NCBI RefSeq assembly: GCF_004010195.1
Contig: NC_057715.1
Span: 63,906,563-63,970,562, forward strand
Origin: Chiloscyllium plagiosum
Lineage: Eukaryota
Reading direction: 5' to 3'
DNA length: 64,000 bases
The position numbers and the translations under genes are program-made. Positions 1-12,522 of the stretch are shown here, in pieces (the stretch's first letter is position 1; every line of letters begins with the position of its first letter). The notes under the pieces were generated by a model. The model did no database searches and was not told the origin of the DNA. It worked only from the letters and a program-made list of their open reading frames with translations.

Positions 1-1389
1 TTTATCCTATTGGTGAGCTGTGGGGTGGGGTCAAACTCCCTCTTTTGGTAGGTGTTTGTATCTGCAAGTAGTTGTTGTGCTTTTTGGATGTAATCAGATT
101 TATCTAGGATGACCGTCATTCTGCCTTTATCTGCTGGTAGTATGATTATGTTCTTATCGTTTCTTAGTGATTTCAGTGCTTCCCTCTCCTTGGTGTTGAG
201 GTTATGTGTTTGTCTTTTCCTTGTTATCAGGGGTACGATACTTTGTCTCACTGTTTGTTGTGTCTCTTCTGTCAGTCCATTGTTCCTGAGTGTGCATTCT
301 AGTGCTGCTAGGAAGTCTGCTGTCTTGGCGTCCCTGTGGTTGTAGTTGAGTCCCTTGGCCAGTATTGTTCTTTCCGTGTCTGTGAGCTGTCTGTGGGAGA
401 GGTTTTTAACCCAGGTGTGTGTTGTGGTGTCCTCTTTGTTGTGTGTTAGTTTGGCCATTTTTTCGTTTAGTGCCGTTTTTTTGCGGTGTGTGGTCCTGTT
501 CTGTCCTATGGTGACAGCCTGTTCTATGGTCCGGGTCCATTCCTGATTCATGGTTTTTGAAATTAATGACTTTTGGTGCGCAATTTCTTGTCTGTATCTG
601 TGAAGTCGGTTGTGAGCGTCTGTAATCATTATCTGGATCATCCTGAGTCCATTCTGTCTGGCTGTGTCTCTGGCTTGTGGATTGTTGACTGGTGGTCTGT
701 ATCTGACACTTGGTGGAAGGATTTGATTCTTTCGGCATTGATGCAGGAACCGGAGTTGTTCGTATGTGGCGCTTAGGCGGTTAGCGCAGGATTCCCATTT
801 CCTGGCTTGTCGTAGCGACTCTCGCCCCTAGGTGTTCAAAGTTTGTGAGAAGATTTGTAGCTCGGGTGCTCGTTGCTATAGTTCTGTTTGCCGAGCTGGA
901 AGTTTTTATTGCAAACGTTTCATCCCCTGTTTAGGTGACATCCTCAGTGCTTGGGAGCCTCCTGTGAAGCGCTTCTGTGGTGTTTCCTCCGGCATTTATA
1001 GTGGCCTGTCCCTGCCGCTTCCGGTTGTCAGTTTCAGCTGTCCGCTGTAGTGGCCGGTATATTGGGTCCAGGTCGATGTGCTTGTTGATGGAGTTTGTGG
1101 ATGAGTGCCATGCTTCTATGAATTCCCTAGAAACCAGGGAATTCCTAGAAGCATGGCACTCATCCACAAACTCCATCAACAAACACATAGACCTGGACCC
1201 AACATACCAGCCACTACAGTGGACAGCTGAAACTGACAACCGGAAGCGGCAGGGACAGGCCACTATAAATGCCAGAGGAAACACCACAGAAGCGCTTCAC
1301 AGGAGGCTCCCAAGCACTGAGGATGTCACCTGGGCAGGGGACGAAACGTTTGCAACAAAAACTTCCAGCTCGGCGAACAGAACCACAGC
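1..1389 (-). mobile_element. Penelope-like element family A (Poseidon-like): ORF N-terminus plus inverted pLTR pair
   Basis: Minus-strand frame open from 827 to the window edge: FLHQCRKNQILP...KNLSHRQLT...LAKGLNY...EREALKSLRNDKNIIILPADKGRMTVILD (PLE DKG motif). Inverted arms of about 250 bp (~873-1127 and ~1137-1389) encode the GIY-YIG C-terminus REFLEAWHS. Confidence 0.9.
1314..1353 (+). ncRNA. Minimal type I hammerhead ribozyme motif (PLE family A)
   Basis: gca-CTGAGGA-t-[gtcacct gggc aggggac]-GAAACGTT-tgc: core boxes, stem II, palindromic ACGT stem III, gca/tgc stem I. Antisense twin at 911-950. Confidence 0.8.
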
Positions 1390-1992
1390 TGCCCTAAATC
1401 TATCATCCCGCAATTTAAAACTGTCTCCTCATGTTAGCCTTCACCATCCAAGGAAAAAAGCTTCACTGTCCACCCTTTCTAACTCTCATTATCTTATATG
1501 CCTCGATTACATCACCTCTCAACCTTCTTCTCTCCAATGAAAAGAGCCTCAGTTCCCTCAGCCTTTCCTTGTAAGACCTTCCTTCTATACCAGGCAACAT
1601 TCTAGTAAATCTCCTCTGAACCCTTTCCAAAGTTTCTATATACTTCCTATATTGCGGTGACCAGAACTGTACACAATACCCCATGTGCGGCCTTACCAGT
1701 GTCTTGTACAGCTGCGGCATGATCTCGTGGCTCTGAAACTCAATCCCCCTACCAATAAATGCCAACACACCATATGCCTTCTTAACAACCCTGTCAACCT
1801 GGATGGCAACTTTCAGGGATTTATGCACCTGATCTCTCTGTTCATCTACACTGCCAAGTATTTTACCATTAGCCCAGTACTGTGAATTCTTGTTACTTCT
1901 TTCAGAGTGAACTACCTCACACCTTTCCGCCTTAAACTCCATTTGCCACTTCTCAGTCCAGCTTTGCATCTTATCTATGTTCCTCTGTAACC
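1390..1992 (-). mobile_element. CR1/HER1 LINE ORF2 3' fragment
   Basis: WTEKWQMEF...LYKTLVRPHMGYCVQFWSP...LERVQRRFTRMLPG...LFSLERRRLRGD. Confidence 0.93.
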
Positions 1993-2446
1993 CTAGTCAA
2001 GTCAGCTTGATTAGAGTATCTTACCCCTTGCCAAAATCTATGAAGTTTCTCCAATATCTTGAAAAGGAAAGCATCACAATGTAATACCTGTTCTTAAGCT
2101 ACACCTCCATGGTTATGTCAGAAAAATAAGACCTGGTACAGCTGCTCCTCTGTATTTAGAATGTGTGTATGAATGAGAGAGGTGAGGATTTACCCTCCAT
2201 TTATTCTTATCTTTATATAGCAGATGTTATATAAATTTATATCCATTGAAGAACTTTGACTTTGGTGGGTAAAAGTAATAAGGTATTCCTGTAACTAGGT
2301 ATTTATTGCTATAGTGTATTGCTTGTATTCTTCTAGTACTAAGGTTTAATTTCAGCAGCCTTAGCCTGCTGCCTGCTCTAATACAGAATCCTTTGTTAGT
2401 TGATGAATTACTTGGGTATTCCAGTAATATTGTCATATCACTGCTG

Positions 2447-2463
2447 TGACGTCAGCATACGTG
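2447..2463 (+). promoter_or_regulatory. Candidate CRE (TGACGTCA) plus adjacent TACGTG bHLH-PAS/HRE-like site
   Basis: Motif match only; no functional evidence. Confidence 0.3.
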
Positions 2464-3219
2464 AGAATTAAAACAAACTTACCTTTTCAGACATGCTTAC
2501 ACAGCTAATTAGAATGAAAAATACACTGCAGTCAGCACTGAACATTTTTGTGTCTGTGTTAGATTGAAACCTGGTACGAAGACGTCCAATTTAGAGAGAA
2601 GATTCCTATACTCGGACAGCAATAGAAACCTAAGATCATTCTGTTTAGATGATGTAGAGGCACTTCCAAAACTGCACAAAGCAGACAGTAGCCATATTCA
2701 AATATGTTAACTTTTGTTTAGAATCCAACTGAAAATTAATCTATTCTCAAAATAATAGATGTGGGGTTTGCTTTGATTTGGACAAATACATCTACATGCA
2801 GCATGGTTAATGGCTTCTAAAATAGCTCATAGTGGCAATCTGTTTCCAACAAGGATGGGATGATTCCTCCTAAAAGAACACACTAATTTTCCACAGTTAG
2901 CACATAAAAGAAAATATTGTCTGTATAGAGAAAATTATGGATGATCGTTTTACTGATAGAATGTAAACCGCAAAAAGTCACAGTTCTTGCCTTGGTTTTT
3001 ATGGTTGAAACCAAGCCCTAGACTGATGACTGAATGCTACTTGGATTGCCTTTCTATCAGTCACTGGAAGCAGATATCTCCAGTTCAGGGTAACATCAAC
3101 ATTTCAAAGGACTTGTATGAGCAGGGGCTGGTCCTGTACTTTTTTCTTTAATGTATCTTTTATTCATATACCTTGTGTCCTATTTGATGTTGATTGTATT
3201 TTCTTATGTTTTAATTTAG

Positions 3220-3368
3220 GGCTTCACGTAATAAGTCTGAGAAAAAGAGACGTGATCAGTTTAATGTCCTCATCAAAGAACTCAGTGTCATGCTTCCCGG
3301 CAGTATCCGTAAGCTGGACAAGTCTACAGTGTTGCAGAAGACAATTGACTTTTTACAAAAACACAATG
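3220..3368 (+). CDS. NPAS2: NPAS2 exon (~human exon 3), bHLH domain
   Basis: tttag|G...AATG|gtaag, 149 nt; (R)[49 protein letters not shown]. Confidence 0.97.
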
Positions 3369-4822
3369 GTAAGATAAGCTGAGGTGAATACTTAACACAT
3401 TTTAATACATTTTGAAGTCATCCCTTTTTTGCTAATTAATTGGGCACCATGTGTAATGTACACAATTTGTGGAGGTTACTGGGCCAGGTTGAATACTTGA
3501 ACTGAACTGAATTAACTGGCCCCCATGAAGTGAAACCCTACCTGGGTTGAATGTCTATTTCAACCCTGAATGATTGTTGTACACCTCTTATGAAAAGGCA
3601 CTAGCAAAGGATTTCCAGCATGTTGTTTGAAGCAAGAAGTCTTATTGTCTATTGAGAAAAGCCTTAAGCAAAAGAAAATAATATATTTTTAAAAATGAAA
3701 TTGAAGGAGGGGAAAATATTGGCCTGGAGTTTCGTTTAGTCTACATTTTATTGGGTGCAGTTCCTATGATATGGCCTAGCTAGCACAAAAGATTTCAGAA
3801 TTATAAGTTGCATTCTGCACAAGTTGAGTTTCCACAGTTTTTGGGTTACTAGAGGGAAGGCTCTAATCACAAAACTGGTTATATCCTAGGATGAATTAGT
3901 CACCATCTGGAGTTTCTCTTAATTGCACTTGTTTACAGGCCTCAAGGTACTGGTCCATTAATAGATGCATTTTAAAGGCTTTGAATGATTTTAATTTGAT
4001 AATATTTCTCTGGGACTGACTGCTAAACCCCAATCAAACTTGAAAAGGGCTTTGTCTATTTTTAAATAATGTTTTTAATAATGTAAAATAAGGTTATATA
4101 CAGGTGGTTGAAATGTTATTTTTGGTGATAAATCCAATTTCAACTGCCATTAATCAAAGCATTTGAAGTTACCAGTTTTTAAAAATATTTTCAGAAATAC
4201 TTCTTCAGCATTGTCCAATTTTATTTCCTCACTGCAAATGAATTCAAATGGAAACCTAGGGAGTGGGAATGTGCCAGAATGACCAATTACATCCTTTGTG
4301 GGATGTCTGCCACATTGTGTCTTTCAATCTATAAGTATAGTTGTTAGGCTTTTACATTAATTTAACATTTCCATTTTTTTTCTGTATCTAAATTTAACTG
4401 GTTAGTTAACTCTTAAAGGAGTACAGTACTACAGTTTCTATTAATATAAGTAATTAGAAAGGGTTTCATGAAATAGATTTAGATTTCAATTATGACTTGA
4501 GCACCCTGCATGACTCATTCAGTGAATGTTATGATCAAACAAGAAATGATTGACTGGTTACGTATCAGACCAAATGCGAAGAACTAGGAGGTAGTAGCTC
4601 TTTAATTGCATAGGCTATAGTTATCTACAAGACTGTGTATATTATTATTGGTATGGTTTTATGTGGCAATGATAAAGTGGATATTTACTTTAAAAAAGAT
4701 GAAATCTAAAGTGACTTAAAAAATACATTTCTCTTTACTATGAGCCAAATCATTCTAGTAATGGCCATCGCCAGTAGCCACTATTCCTTTCTCCTTTCCT
4801 TGCTCTGGACCTCTGCATTTCT

Positions 4823-5036
4823 GGGAGAAAGTGAGCACTGCAGATGCTGGAAATCAGAGTTGAGACTGTGGTGCTGGAAAAATGCAACAGGTCAAGCAGC
4901 ATCCAAGGAGCAGGAGAATTGATGTTTCGGGCATAAGCCCTTCACTTGGTGATGAAGGGCTTATGCTTAAAACATCGATTCTCCTGCTCCTTGGATGTTG
5001 CCCCACCTGCTGTGCTTTTCCAGCACCACACTCTCG
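4823..5036. mobile_element. Fold-back PLE family B insertion (older)
   Basis: Inverted arms centred near 4947; flanked by the short direct repeat gcatttct. Confidence 0.8.
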
Positions 5037-5586
5037 AGCCTGGCATTTCTAGCCCAGACCTCCAAACTGAAGTGCAAACATACTTGTTCTCGGAATCTTC
5101 CAGAACGGGATGGGTAATGGAGGCCAAGTCATGTTTTCATTTTACGGCACTAGCTGCTGTATTTGGGATTTAGAGATTTCAATGGCACATTGGCAAGCTA
5201 CAGAGAACAGATGTGTCTAAAATAATTGGGTGAGGGAGGAGGATGGCAAGTTTTTGAGGGGCTAAAGTGGCAAATTAGTTGGTGAGAGGGTACAATAAAG
5301 AGTGGATGAGGGGCTTGGTTGGTAGATAAGTGGATGAAGGACCTCAGTGAAAGGTGAGAGGAGAAGGTGTAGATTGACAGTAGATGAAAGAATAAGATCT
5401 CATGACTTCATTATTTGTCTTATAACACTGAGTTTATGCTAATTGCAAGGATTTTATGCTGCCCTGCTTTTGCTGAATGATATTTTTTTGTAATACACTT
5501 AAAATATAAGAAGCAAATAATACACTAGGGCAACGTTAATGAAATTGTTACCATAAAATACTAAAGCTGAACATATTACATTTTAG

Positions 5587-5678
5587 AAACTTCAGCACAG
5601 AAAGAGACAAGTATCATCCAACAAAACTGGAAACCTTCATTTTTGAGCAATGAGGAATTTACACAACTGATGTTAGAG
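5587..5678 (+). CDS. NPAS2: NPAS2 exon (~4)
   Basis: ttttag|...GAG|gtaact, 92 nt; (E)[30 protein letters not shown]. Confidence 0.96.
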
Positions 5679-5832
5679 GTAACTAAGGAAAATTTACTTC
5701 AAGAATAGTACTGTATTAACTTGCTTCATGTATTTCTAACTAAACATTTGATTGAAGTGCTTAAGAATGCTTTAATTACAAATTTATCATTGGTGTGAGA
5801 ATCTCTCAAACCAATGAATGATACAAGTAAAA

Positions 5833-6055
5833 ACAGAAAGAGCTGCTGATGCTGTAAATCAGAAACAAAAGCAGAGATTGCTGGAAAAGCTCAGCAGGTC
5901 TGACAGCATATGTGAAAAGAAACCAAAGTTAACATTTCAGGTCTGGTGACCCTTCCCAGTTCTGAGGAAGGGTCACCGAACCTGAAATGTTAACATTGAC
6001 TTCTCTTCACAGATGCTGACAGACCTGCTGAGCTTTTCCAGCAATCTCTGTTTTT
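5833..6055. mobile_element. Fold-back PLE family D insertion
   Basis: Inverted arms centred near 5958; decayed hammerhead ctgagga-a-gggtc..aacct-gaaatgtt (5959-5994); flanking repeat acaagtaaa. Confidence 0.8.
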
Positions 6056-7242
6056 GAACAGCACAAGTAAATTGTTGAGACCAGAAGAGGTGCTTAGGAT
6101 TTCTCATCTACCCTCTTGCGGCTGTCTGGATTCAAGCTGAAATTACTGCAATATCCCATCATTCTGAGGATTGATATATGTTTGCATGACATTGTGCTGA
6201 CTGCTGCAAAATATAATCTGACAACAACAGAATTGATTGTGCATTTGATTTGGGATAAGGCCATCAGTTTACAACATGTCAGCTTAGACAATAATAAATT
6301 ACCAATTGAATATAATTTTGTTGAATGTGCAATTTTGAAAAGTTTTTGTTTAATAAGCAATTTCTTTACATTTTATGAATTGTATAATATCACTGTGGTC
6401 CTCAAGCCATATAAAGCTGAAGTTTCCTTTGGAGTTTGAGAACTTGATGTTGGGACCAAGTGAGAGTCCTGAACCTGTGGTCGCCAGCAATGTATCTGCC
6501 AATGCATCTTCCTGGAGTTAGTCTCCTAGTCTGTCTATTCATTCGCTGTCTTCTTAAGGACAGTGGGCTTTCGTTGCTGCAGTCCCAATTACAGGACAAC
6601 AGATCAGGAGCCACAACAACCCCACCAGGAGAAGTGGACATTGTAGAGGCAGAACAGACACCACGAATGCACCTCAGTATGGAAGTGCTTTCAGAGCCAT
6701 ACATAAAATGCAAAAATGGTGAGGGCTGAAGTTGGTATGCTCCCTCTTTTCTGATATTCCCCCGACACTCCCCCTGCCACTCCACACACAGCCAAGAGGA
6801 AACTCCTCACGATTAATAAAGTGGGCCTCAGATGCAGCTTTCCTAGCCATTGGTTCTGTCATTAGGGCATGGAGTCTCCAAGGCCCTCTTTATCACTCCA
6901 CACAAGCGGCATTGATTGAGCTGATGGCCTCCATGCAGCAAGATGCTGCTCCAGCATTGATAAGATACTGGCATCAAGGCAAAATTCAAGCTAATTGAGA
7001 GCTTAATCATTTAAATGCATTATTACTTCTTAGATGTGGACTGTCCACCTCATTCACTGCCCTACCCAGAAAAGATCTCTGATGGTGGAAATGTAAAAAG
7101 GACCTATCCCAAAAAGACTGTCCTTTATTTTCTGTGTACCTCACCCTCTACTCAACTTCTACCTACTTTCCCAATCTTTTCCAAACCCCTTACCCTCCAA
7201 CCCCCTTGGGCTAAAAGAATGCAGCCTTATATTTATGCACAG

Positions 7243-7463
7243 GGAGAAAGTGAGGACTGCAGATGCTGAAGATCAGAGCTGAAAAATGTGTTGCTGGAAA
7301 AGCGCAGCAGGTCAGGCAGCATCCAAGGAGCAGGAGAATCGACATTTCGGGCATAAGCCCTTCTTCAGGATTGCTGAAGAAGGGCTTATGCCTGAAGCGT
7401 TGATTCTCCTGCTCCTTGGATGCTGCCTGATCTGCTGCGCTTTTCCAGCAACACATTTTTCAG
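7243..7463. mobile_element. Fold-back PLE family B insertion
   Basis: Inverted arms meeting at ttcttcag-gattg-ctgaagaa; 17-bp TSD cttatatttatgcacag (7226-7242, 7464-7480). Confidence 0.9.
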
Positions 7464-7533
7464 CTTATATTTATGCACAGTCTGATATGTTGGAACCCAC
7501 TGATGGCTAATGTTATTATTCTATTCTTTCTAG

Positions 7534-7638
<105 letters not shown>

Positions 7639-7884
7639 TAAAACTAATAAGAATGTTTTAACTCAGGTGATTTTAATGAAACATATATGATTCTGAGGGG
7701 GCTTAAATTAGAGGCTGAGAGGGAAGTCCCCCTCATGGGAGAATCCAGAACTGGGAGGTGAGGGAAGGGGTGGGGTTCAAAATAAGGGGTCTACCATTTA
7801 AGGTTGAGGTGAGGACAAATTTTGTTAATGGTTCAACCATCTTTATCCACTACCTCCCTCGGTAAGTTAAACCACCCAGTCAAA

Positions 7885-8516
7885 GTTAAAATCACGCAAC
7901 ACCAGGTTATACTCCGACAGATTTATTTGGAATCACTACCTTTCGGAGCACTGCTGCTTCATCAGGTGGTTGTGGAGTATAACATCGTAGAATACAGAAT
8001 TTATAGCAAAAGTTTACAGTGTGATGTAGCTGAAATTATATAAAAAGAAAAAGACCTGGATTGTTTGTTAAGTCTCATGTTTAGATTGGGAATGTTGGTT
8101 TCAGTTCTTTCATATGTAAATTCCAGAACTTTCTTCAAGTTAAGTTCTCAAGTGAACTTTAACAATCGGTGCCATGTTGGCTCAAATAATACATTGAAGG
8201 TGTGCACTGCCCTTTGTGTGGCTTTTAAGTTCTTGAACTTACATGCAGAAGAACTGAAACCAATATGCTCATTCTAAAGATGAGAGACTTAACAAACAAT
8301 CCAGGTCTTTTTAGATATATTATTTTCGTTACATCACACTGTAAACCTTTGCTATAAATTCTGTGTCCTACGACCTTATCCTCCACAACCACCTGATGGA
8401 GGAGCATGCTCTGAAAGTTACTGCTTCCATATAAACTTGTTGGACTATAACCTGATGTTGTGTGATTTTTAACTTTGTACACCCCAGTCCAACATTGGCA
8501 CCTCCAAATCCTGACT
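7885..8516. mobile_element. Fold-back PLE family C insertion
   Basis: Inverted arms of about 250-330 bp with decayed hammerhead motifs; TSD acccagtcaaa (7874-7884, 8517-8527). Confidence 0.85.
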
Positions 8517-9759
8517 ACCCAGTCAAATTCACCATCAACTTAACACCTCAACTAAGAAATTTCCAATTATTAGAAGAACTTACTCAGCTTTAACCATATC
8601 ATGTACAATCAAAGAGATTTATAACAAGTCTCTTCTACTTTAAATTTATGCACAAAGTTTAAATCCACTTTAAAAAACAATTGCATTTCTACTCCGATTT
8701 AAAGAAAACTGTATTCTTAATCTCATATAGTTTCTTTAGATGTCTTTGTCTCAACTTTTCAAAAAGGGAAATTCTATTAGAACACAACTCTTTCATATCT
8801 TAAGATGACTACTCTGTGTGTACGTGTGTTGCCTTATAATTGTCTCTGTGACTGGGTAAATAGGCTTTCATTGTTTGTTATTTGTCCACATAATAAGTAA
8901 TATAATTTTGCTTACACTGTTTCTTTCATAAATTCTTATGGATCAATGAGTCATCCCTTCTGGCTTCTGTCACAGATGCTTGGCTACCCTCATGTTTTTC
9001 AACATTTCTTTTACTCGTTTCTTGGCACTTATTCAAATGCTGTGTATAATGCATTCTGTTTGTAATAATTTCTATTAACTTAATTAACAACTTAATTTTT
9101 GTCATTGAATTGGTCAATTCCTTTACATTTTCTTCCTTTAAGTGAACCATATTGTAATTCTGTCCCCCATTGAGCAGTGGAGGCTGGGTCATTGAGCTAT
9201 ATTCGAGGCCAAGCCAAATAGTTTGATTGACAGGGGATTGAAAGGATTTGGGGATAGAAAGAAAAATCATATCTAGTGCCTCAATCTGATCAGCCATGGT
9301 CTTTATGGATGGCAGAGGACAGTCAAGGACCTAATCTTGCTAGTAATTTGTATGTTCATTAAACAGATACTGCAGTAATTCAAAATTCAAATGTTGCAAT
9401 GTTCATTTTAAAATACACCAGCTTGACAATTTAAGAGAACAAAATATGAAAATGTGTCATTTTTATTTTTGTATCAGATTTTAAATGCAGAAATGATATC
9501 GCAACATGGGTTTCTCAGCTTACCAAGCATCCCTTCTCAGAATTCAGAGCATATATGTAATTCTTATTGCTTAGAAGTTTACAAGATCATTATTGATAAG
9601 TAATGCAAAATAAACAAATTCACAGCAATCTTAATAAATACACATAATGCCTTTCTAATAAAGATTTGGGCAAACATCCTGCTGGTTTCTGTTTGCTTTT
9701 ATAAACTAATTTCAAATTTGTGTGCTTGCTTTCAAAATTGAAGTAGTGACTGGTGATTT

Positions 9760-10735
9760 ACATTCTCATACACTCACACATACACTCACACTCATACATA
9801 CACATGCACCCACTCACAGACCTATACCCTTTAGATTAGATTAGATTAGATTACTTACAGTGTGGAAGCAGGCCCTTCGGCCCAACAAGTCCACACCGAC
9901 CCGCCGAAGTGCAACCCACCCAGACCCATTCCCCTACATTTACCCCTTCATCTAACACTACGGGCAATTTAACTTGGCCAATTCACCTAACCTGCACATT
10001 TTTGGACTGTGGGAGGAAACCGGAGCATCCGGAGGAAACCCACGCAGACACGGGGAGAACGTGCAAACTCCACACAGAGAGTCGCCTGAGGCGGGAATTG
10101 AACCCGGGTCTCTGGCGCTGAGGCAGCAGTGCTAACCACTGTGCTACCGTGCCGCCCACAAACCACCTTTACATTCAAACCACCTCCCCCCCCCCCCCCC
10201 CCCCCACATACACACACAGACACCCACATAAGTTTGTGGGGTGAATTTGTACTTGCAAAATTACATCTTGTTTTACTGAAAAACTGTATAAATCCATGTA
10301 AGATTCTGTAAATCCATGTTTTAGATTAGAATCAGTCTGACCATTGTGGCACAGACACAGTCTCACACAGGGCACCTCACACCTTCAATGCATTATCAGG
10401 GCCAACATGACACCAATTATTAAAGTTCACTTGAGAATAACTTTAAAAAAGTACTGCGATTTACATATGAAAGAACTGAAACCAACATGTTCAGTACAAA
10501 AGATGAGAGGCTTAACACACAATCCAGGTCTTTTTCAGATATGTAATTTCAGTTGCATCACACTGTAAACTTCTACTATAAATTCTGTGCCTTACGATCT
10601 TATACTCCACAACCACCTGATGAAGGAGCAGCGCTCCAAAAGCTAGTGCTTCCAAATAAACCTGTTGGACTATAAGCTGGTGTTGTGTGATTTTTAAACT
10701 TTGTACACCCCAGTCCAACACCGGCATTTTATCAT
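9760..10735 (+). mobile_element. PLE family C 3' fragment with CA-rich tract, interrupted by a SINE
   Basis: Same 3' end as the 7885 and 11202 elements; hammerhead-like ctgatga-a-ggagc agc gctcc-aaaagcta near 10617 (core G mutated). Confidence 0.75.
9832..10157 (-). mobile_element. HE1-like tRNA-derived V-SINE
   Basis: tRNA head with A/B boxes (gggcggcacggtagcacagtgg...gggttcaattccc), V-domain gtttgcacgttctccccgtgtctgcgtgggtttcc, (tctaa)n tail. Confidence 0.9.
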
Positions 10736-11254
10736 ACTTCTCAAACTCTACATCTCGGAATAAAGGAACATAAGGAGCAGGTGTTGGCCTTTCAGCTCCT
10801 TGAGCATGTCTTCTGCAATTCATCTTCAGTTCATTTACATGCCTTTGGCTCTTACCTCTTTTCATCCTTACACAAATCTAACAATCTCAGTATCGAAAGC
10901 TCAGTACTGTTGAATCTGTGCTACAGTCCCTTCAAGACCAGTTTATTGTTTCTGATGTGCAATATCGGAAACTAAACACAGCACCCCATTGCGATTCTGG
11001 CCAAAGTTCAATACAACCAAGGCACAATGTGCTGCCTGTAATATCATAAAATTAATGTAAATCATGATGTTGTGATTGATCACATGACTCTAATGTTAGT
11101 AAGAGAGAATAATCCAGTTTAAAACCTTTCTCTTCACTCAGCTCATTCTAGAGGTAACTTCAGAGAGTGGTGTTTGAGGACCCATTATATACAGATGTAC
11201 AAAGTTAAAAATCACACAACACCAGGTTAGAGTCAACAGGTTTAATTGGAAGCA

Positions 11255-11289
11255 CACTAACTTTCGGAGCGTCGCTCCTTCATCAGGTG
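11255..11289 (-). ncRNA. Minimal hammerhead motif (family C), antisense
   Basis: Reverse complement: cac-CTGATGA-a-[ggagc gac gctcc]-GAAAGTTA-gtg. Confidence 0.7.
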
Positions 11290-11309
11290 ATAGTGGAGGG
11301 CTCCTCTAC

Positions 11310-11344
11310 CACCTGATGAAGGAGCAACGCTCTGAAAGCTAGTG
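11310..11344 (+). ncRNA. Minimal hammerhead motif (family C), sense
   Basis: cac-CTGATGA-a-[ggagc aac gctct]-GAAAGCTA-gtg; palindromic AGCT stem III. Confidence 0.75.
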
Positions 11345-12308
11345 TGCTTCCAATTAAACCTGTTGGACTATAACCTGGTGTTGTGTGATTTTTAACTTGT
11401 ACACCCCAGTCCAACACCAACATCTCCAAATCACGACTATACAGATGTACATAGAGGACTGTTACAAAGTTAAAGACCCTTACTTAGAGATAAGGAATAA
11501 GAAGCCTCAGGCACAGTTACGTGCAGACAACCACAGCCCATGATAATCTATCTCAATGTGCAGATTCCAGTATTGACTTAAAGCATAAGATAAAAAAAGG
11601 TGGTAGTGAGGATAAGAGCCAGGATCTGAAGTTAAAACAGAGTCCAAGGAATACAGCTGAAGAGGGAAAATTAAAAGGCAGAAAAAAACCTCCGAGGACT
11701 TTGAATATGGGGCAGGAAGTTTCCAAAGGACAGGGAAAAGAAATTTGGATGACCGCAAAGAGAAGCAAGAAACTATAATATTGGGTAGAATCAAAACATA
11801 GAATCAGAAAACTTCAACAGTAAGAGGGGAAACTAGCTTACTCACCCAGATCAGCCAGGTACAATAATTCATGGGGATTGCAACTCTCGTACACACATGA
11901 CCATCATCTCAAACATTTGATAACCAGGAAGTCCCAAATGACACCAGACATAGGATCTGGGAAAAAAGACAGCTTCAGTGCTATAGAACAGCTTCAGACT
12001 TACATGCGCTTTCAAGTCAGCAGACTTTTATATGTCAAAGCTCCAACAGCAGATGTTCTGGTAACACAAAACATGAAAACGTATGACAGATTATGATGCA
12101 TTGATTGAAGCATCTTACACACAATTAGTATTAGTGCAATAGAAAGGGATGATATAAATTCAGGAAATCAGATGTAGAAGCGGTTTGGATAGAGGTGAGA
12201 AATGATAAAGACAAATCACTTGTGGGAAGAGTGTGCAAATCCCCTAACAGAAACCGTACAGTATATGTATATGAAGAAACAATGGAAGCTTGTCAAAAAG
12301 ACACAGTA

Positions 12309-12522
12309 AGCAAAAGTGAGGACTGCAGGTGCTGGAAATCAGAGTCTAGATTAGAATGGTGCTGGAAAAGGACAGCAAGTCAGGCAGCATCCAAGGAGTA
12401 GGAAAATCGACGTTTCGGGCAAAAGCCCAGTCCTGATGAAGGACTTTTGCCTGAAACGTCGATTTTATACTCCTCAGATGCTGCCTGACCTGCTGTGCTT
12501 TTCCAGCACCACTCTAATCTAG
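12309..12522. mobile_element. Fold-back PLE family B insertion inside a CR1 endonuclease fragment
   Basis: Inverted arms centred near 12431; TSD aaagac(a/g)cagta; host reads VEAVWIEVRNDK...VIMQDFNLH across the insertion. Confidence 0.85.

Larger units (their letters stand above)
11202..11437. mobile_element. Fold-back PLE family C insertion
   Basis: Inverted arms; 14-bp TSD tatacagatgtaca (11188-11201, 11438-11451). Confidence 0.9.

Noticed and set aside
931-1540. Mirror-image ORFs on both strands (MVF..AFIVACPCRF...)
   Set aside because: By-product of the inverted pLTR, not genes.
7234-7242. Shared target motif (atgcacag here, atgcag at 60263-60268) as family B sequence specificity
   Set aside because: The other family B TSDs do not share it; two cases are insufficient.
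4823-7463. Hairpins as miRNA precursors or classical MITEs
   Set aside because: The arms are PLE 3' ends with hammerhead motifs, TSDs vary in length, arms are asymmetric and junctions differ between copies. That fits neither a DNA-transposon MITE nor a miRNA.
10080-10157. tRNA genes here and at 29383, 37550, 42340, 51780 and 52880
   Set aside because: These are SINE heads followed by SINE body sequence; no convincing cloverleaf.
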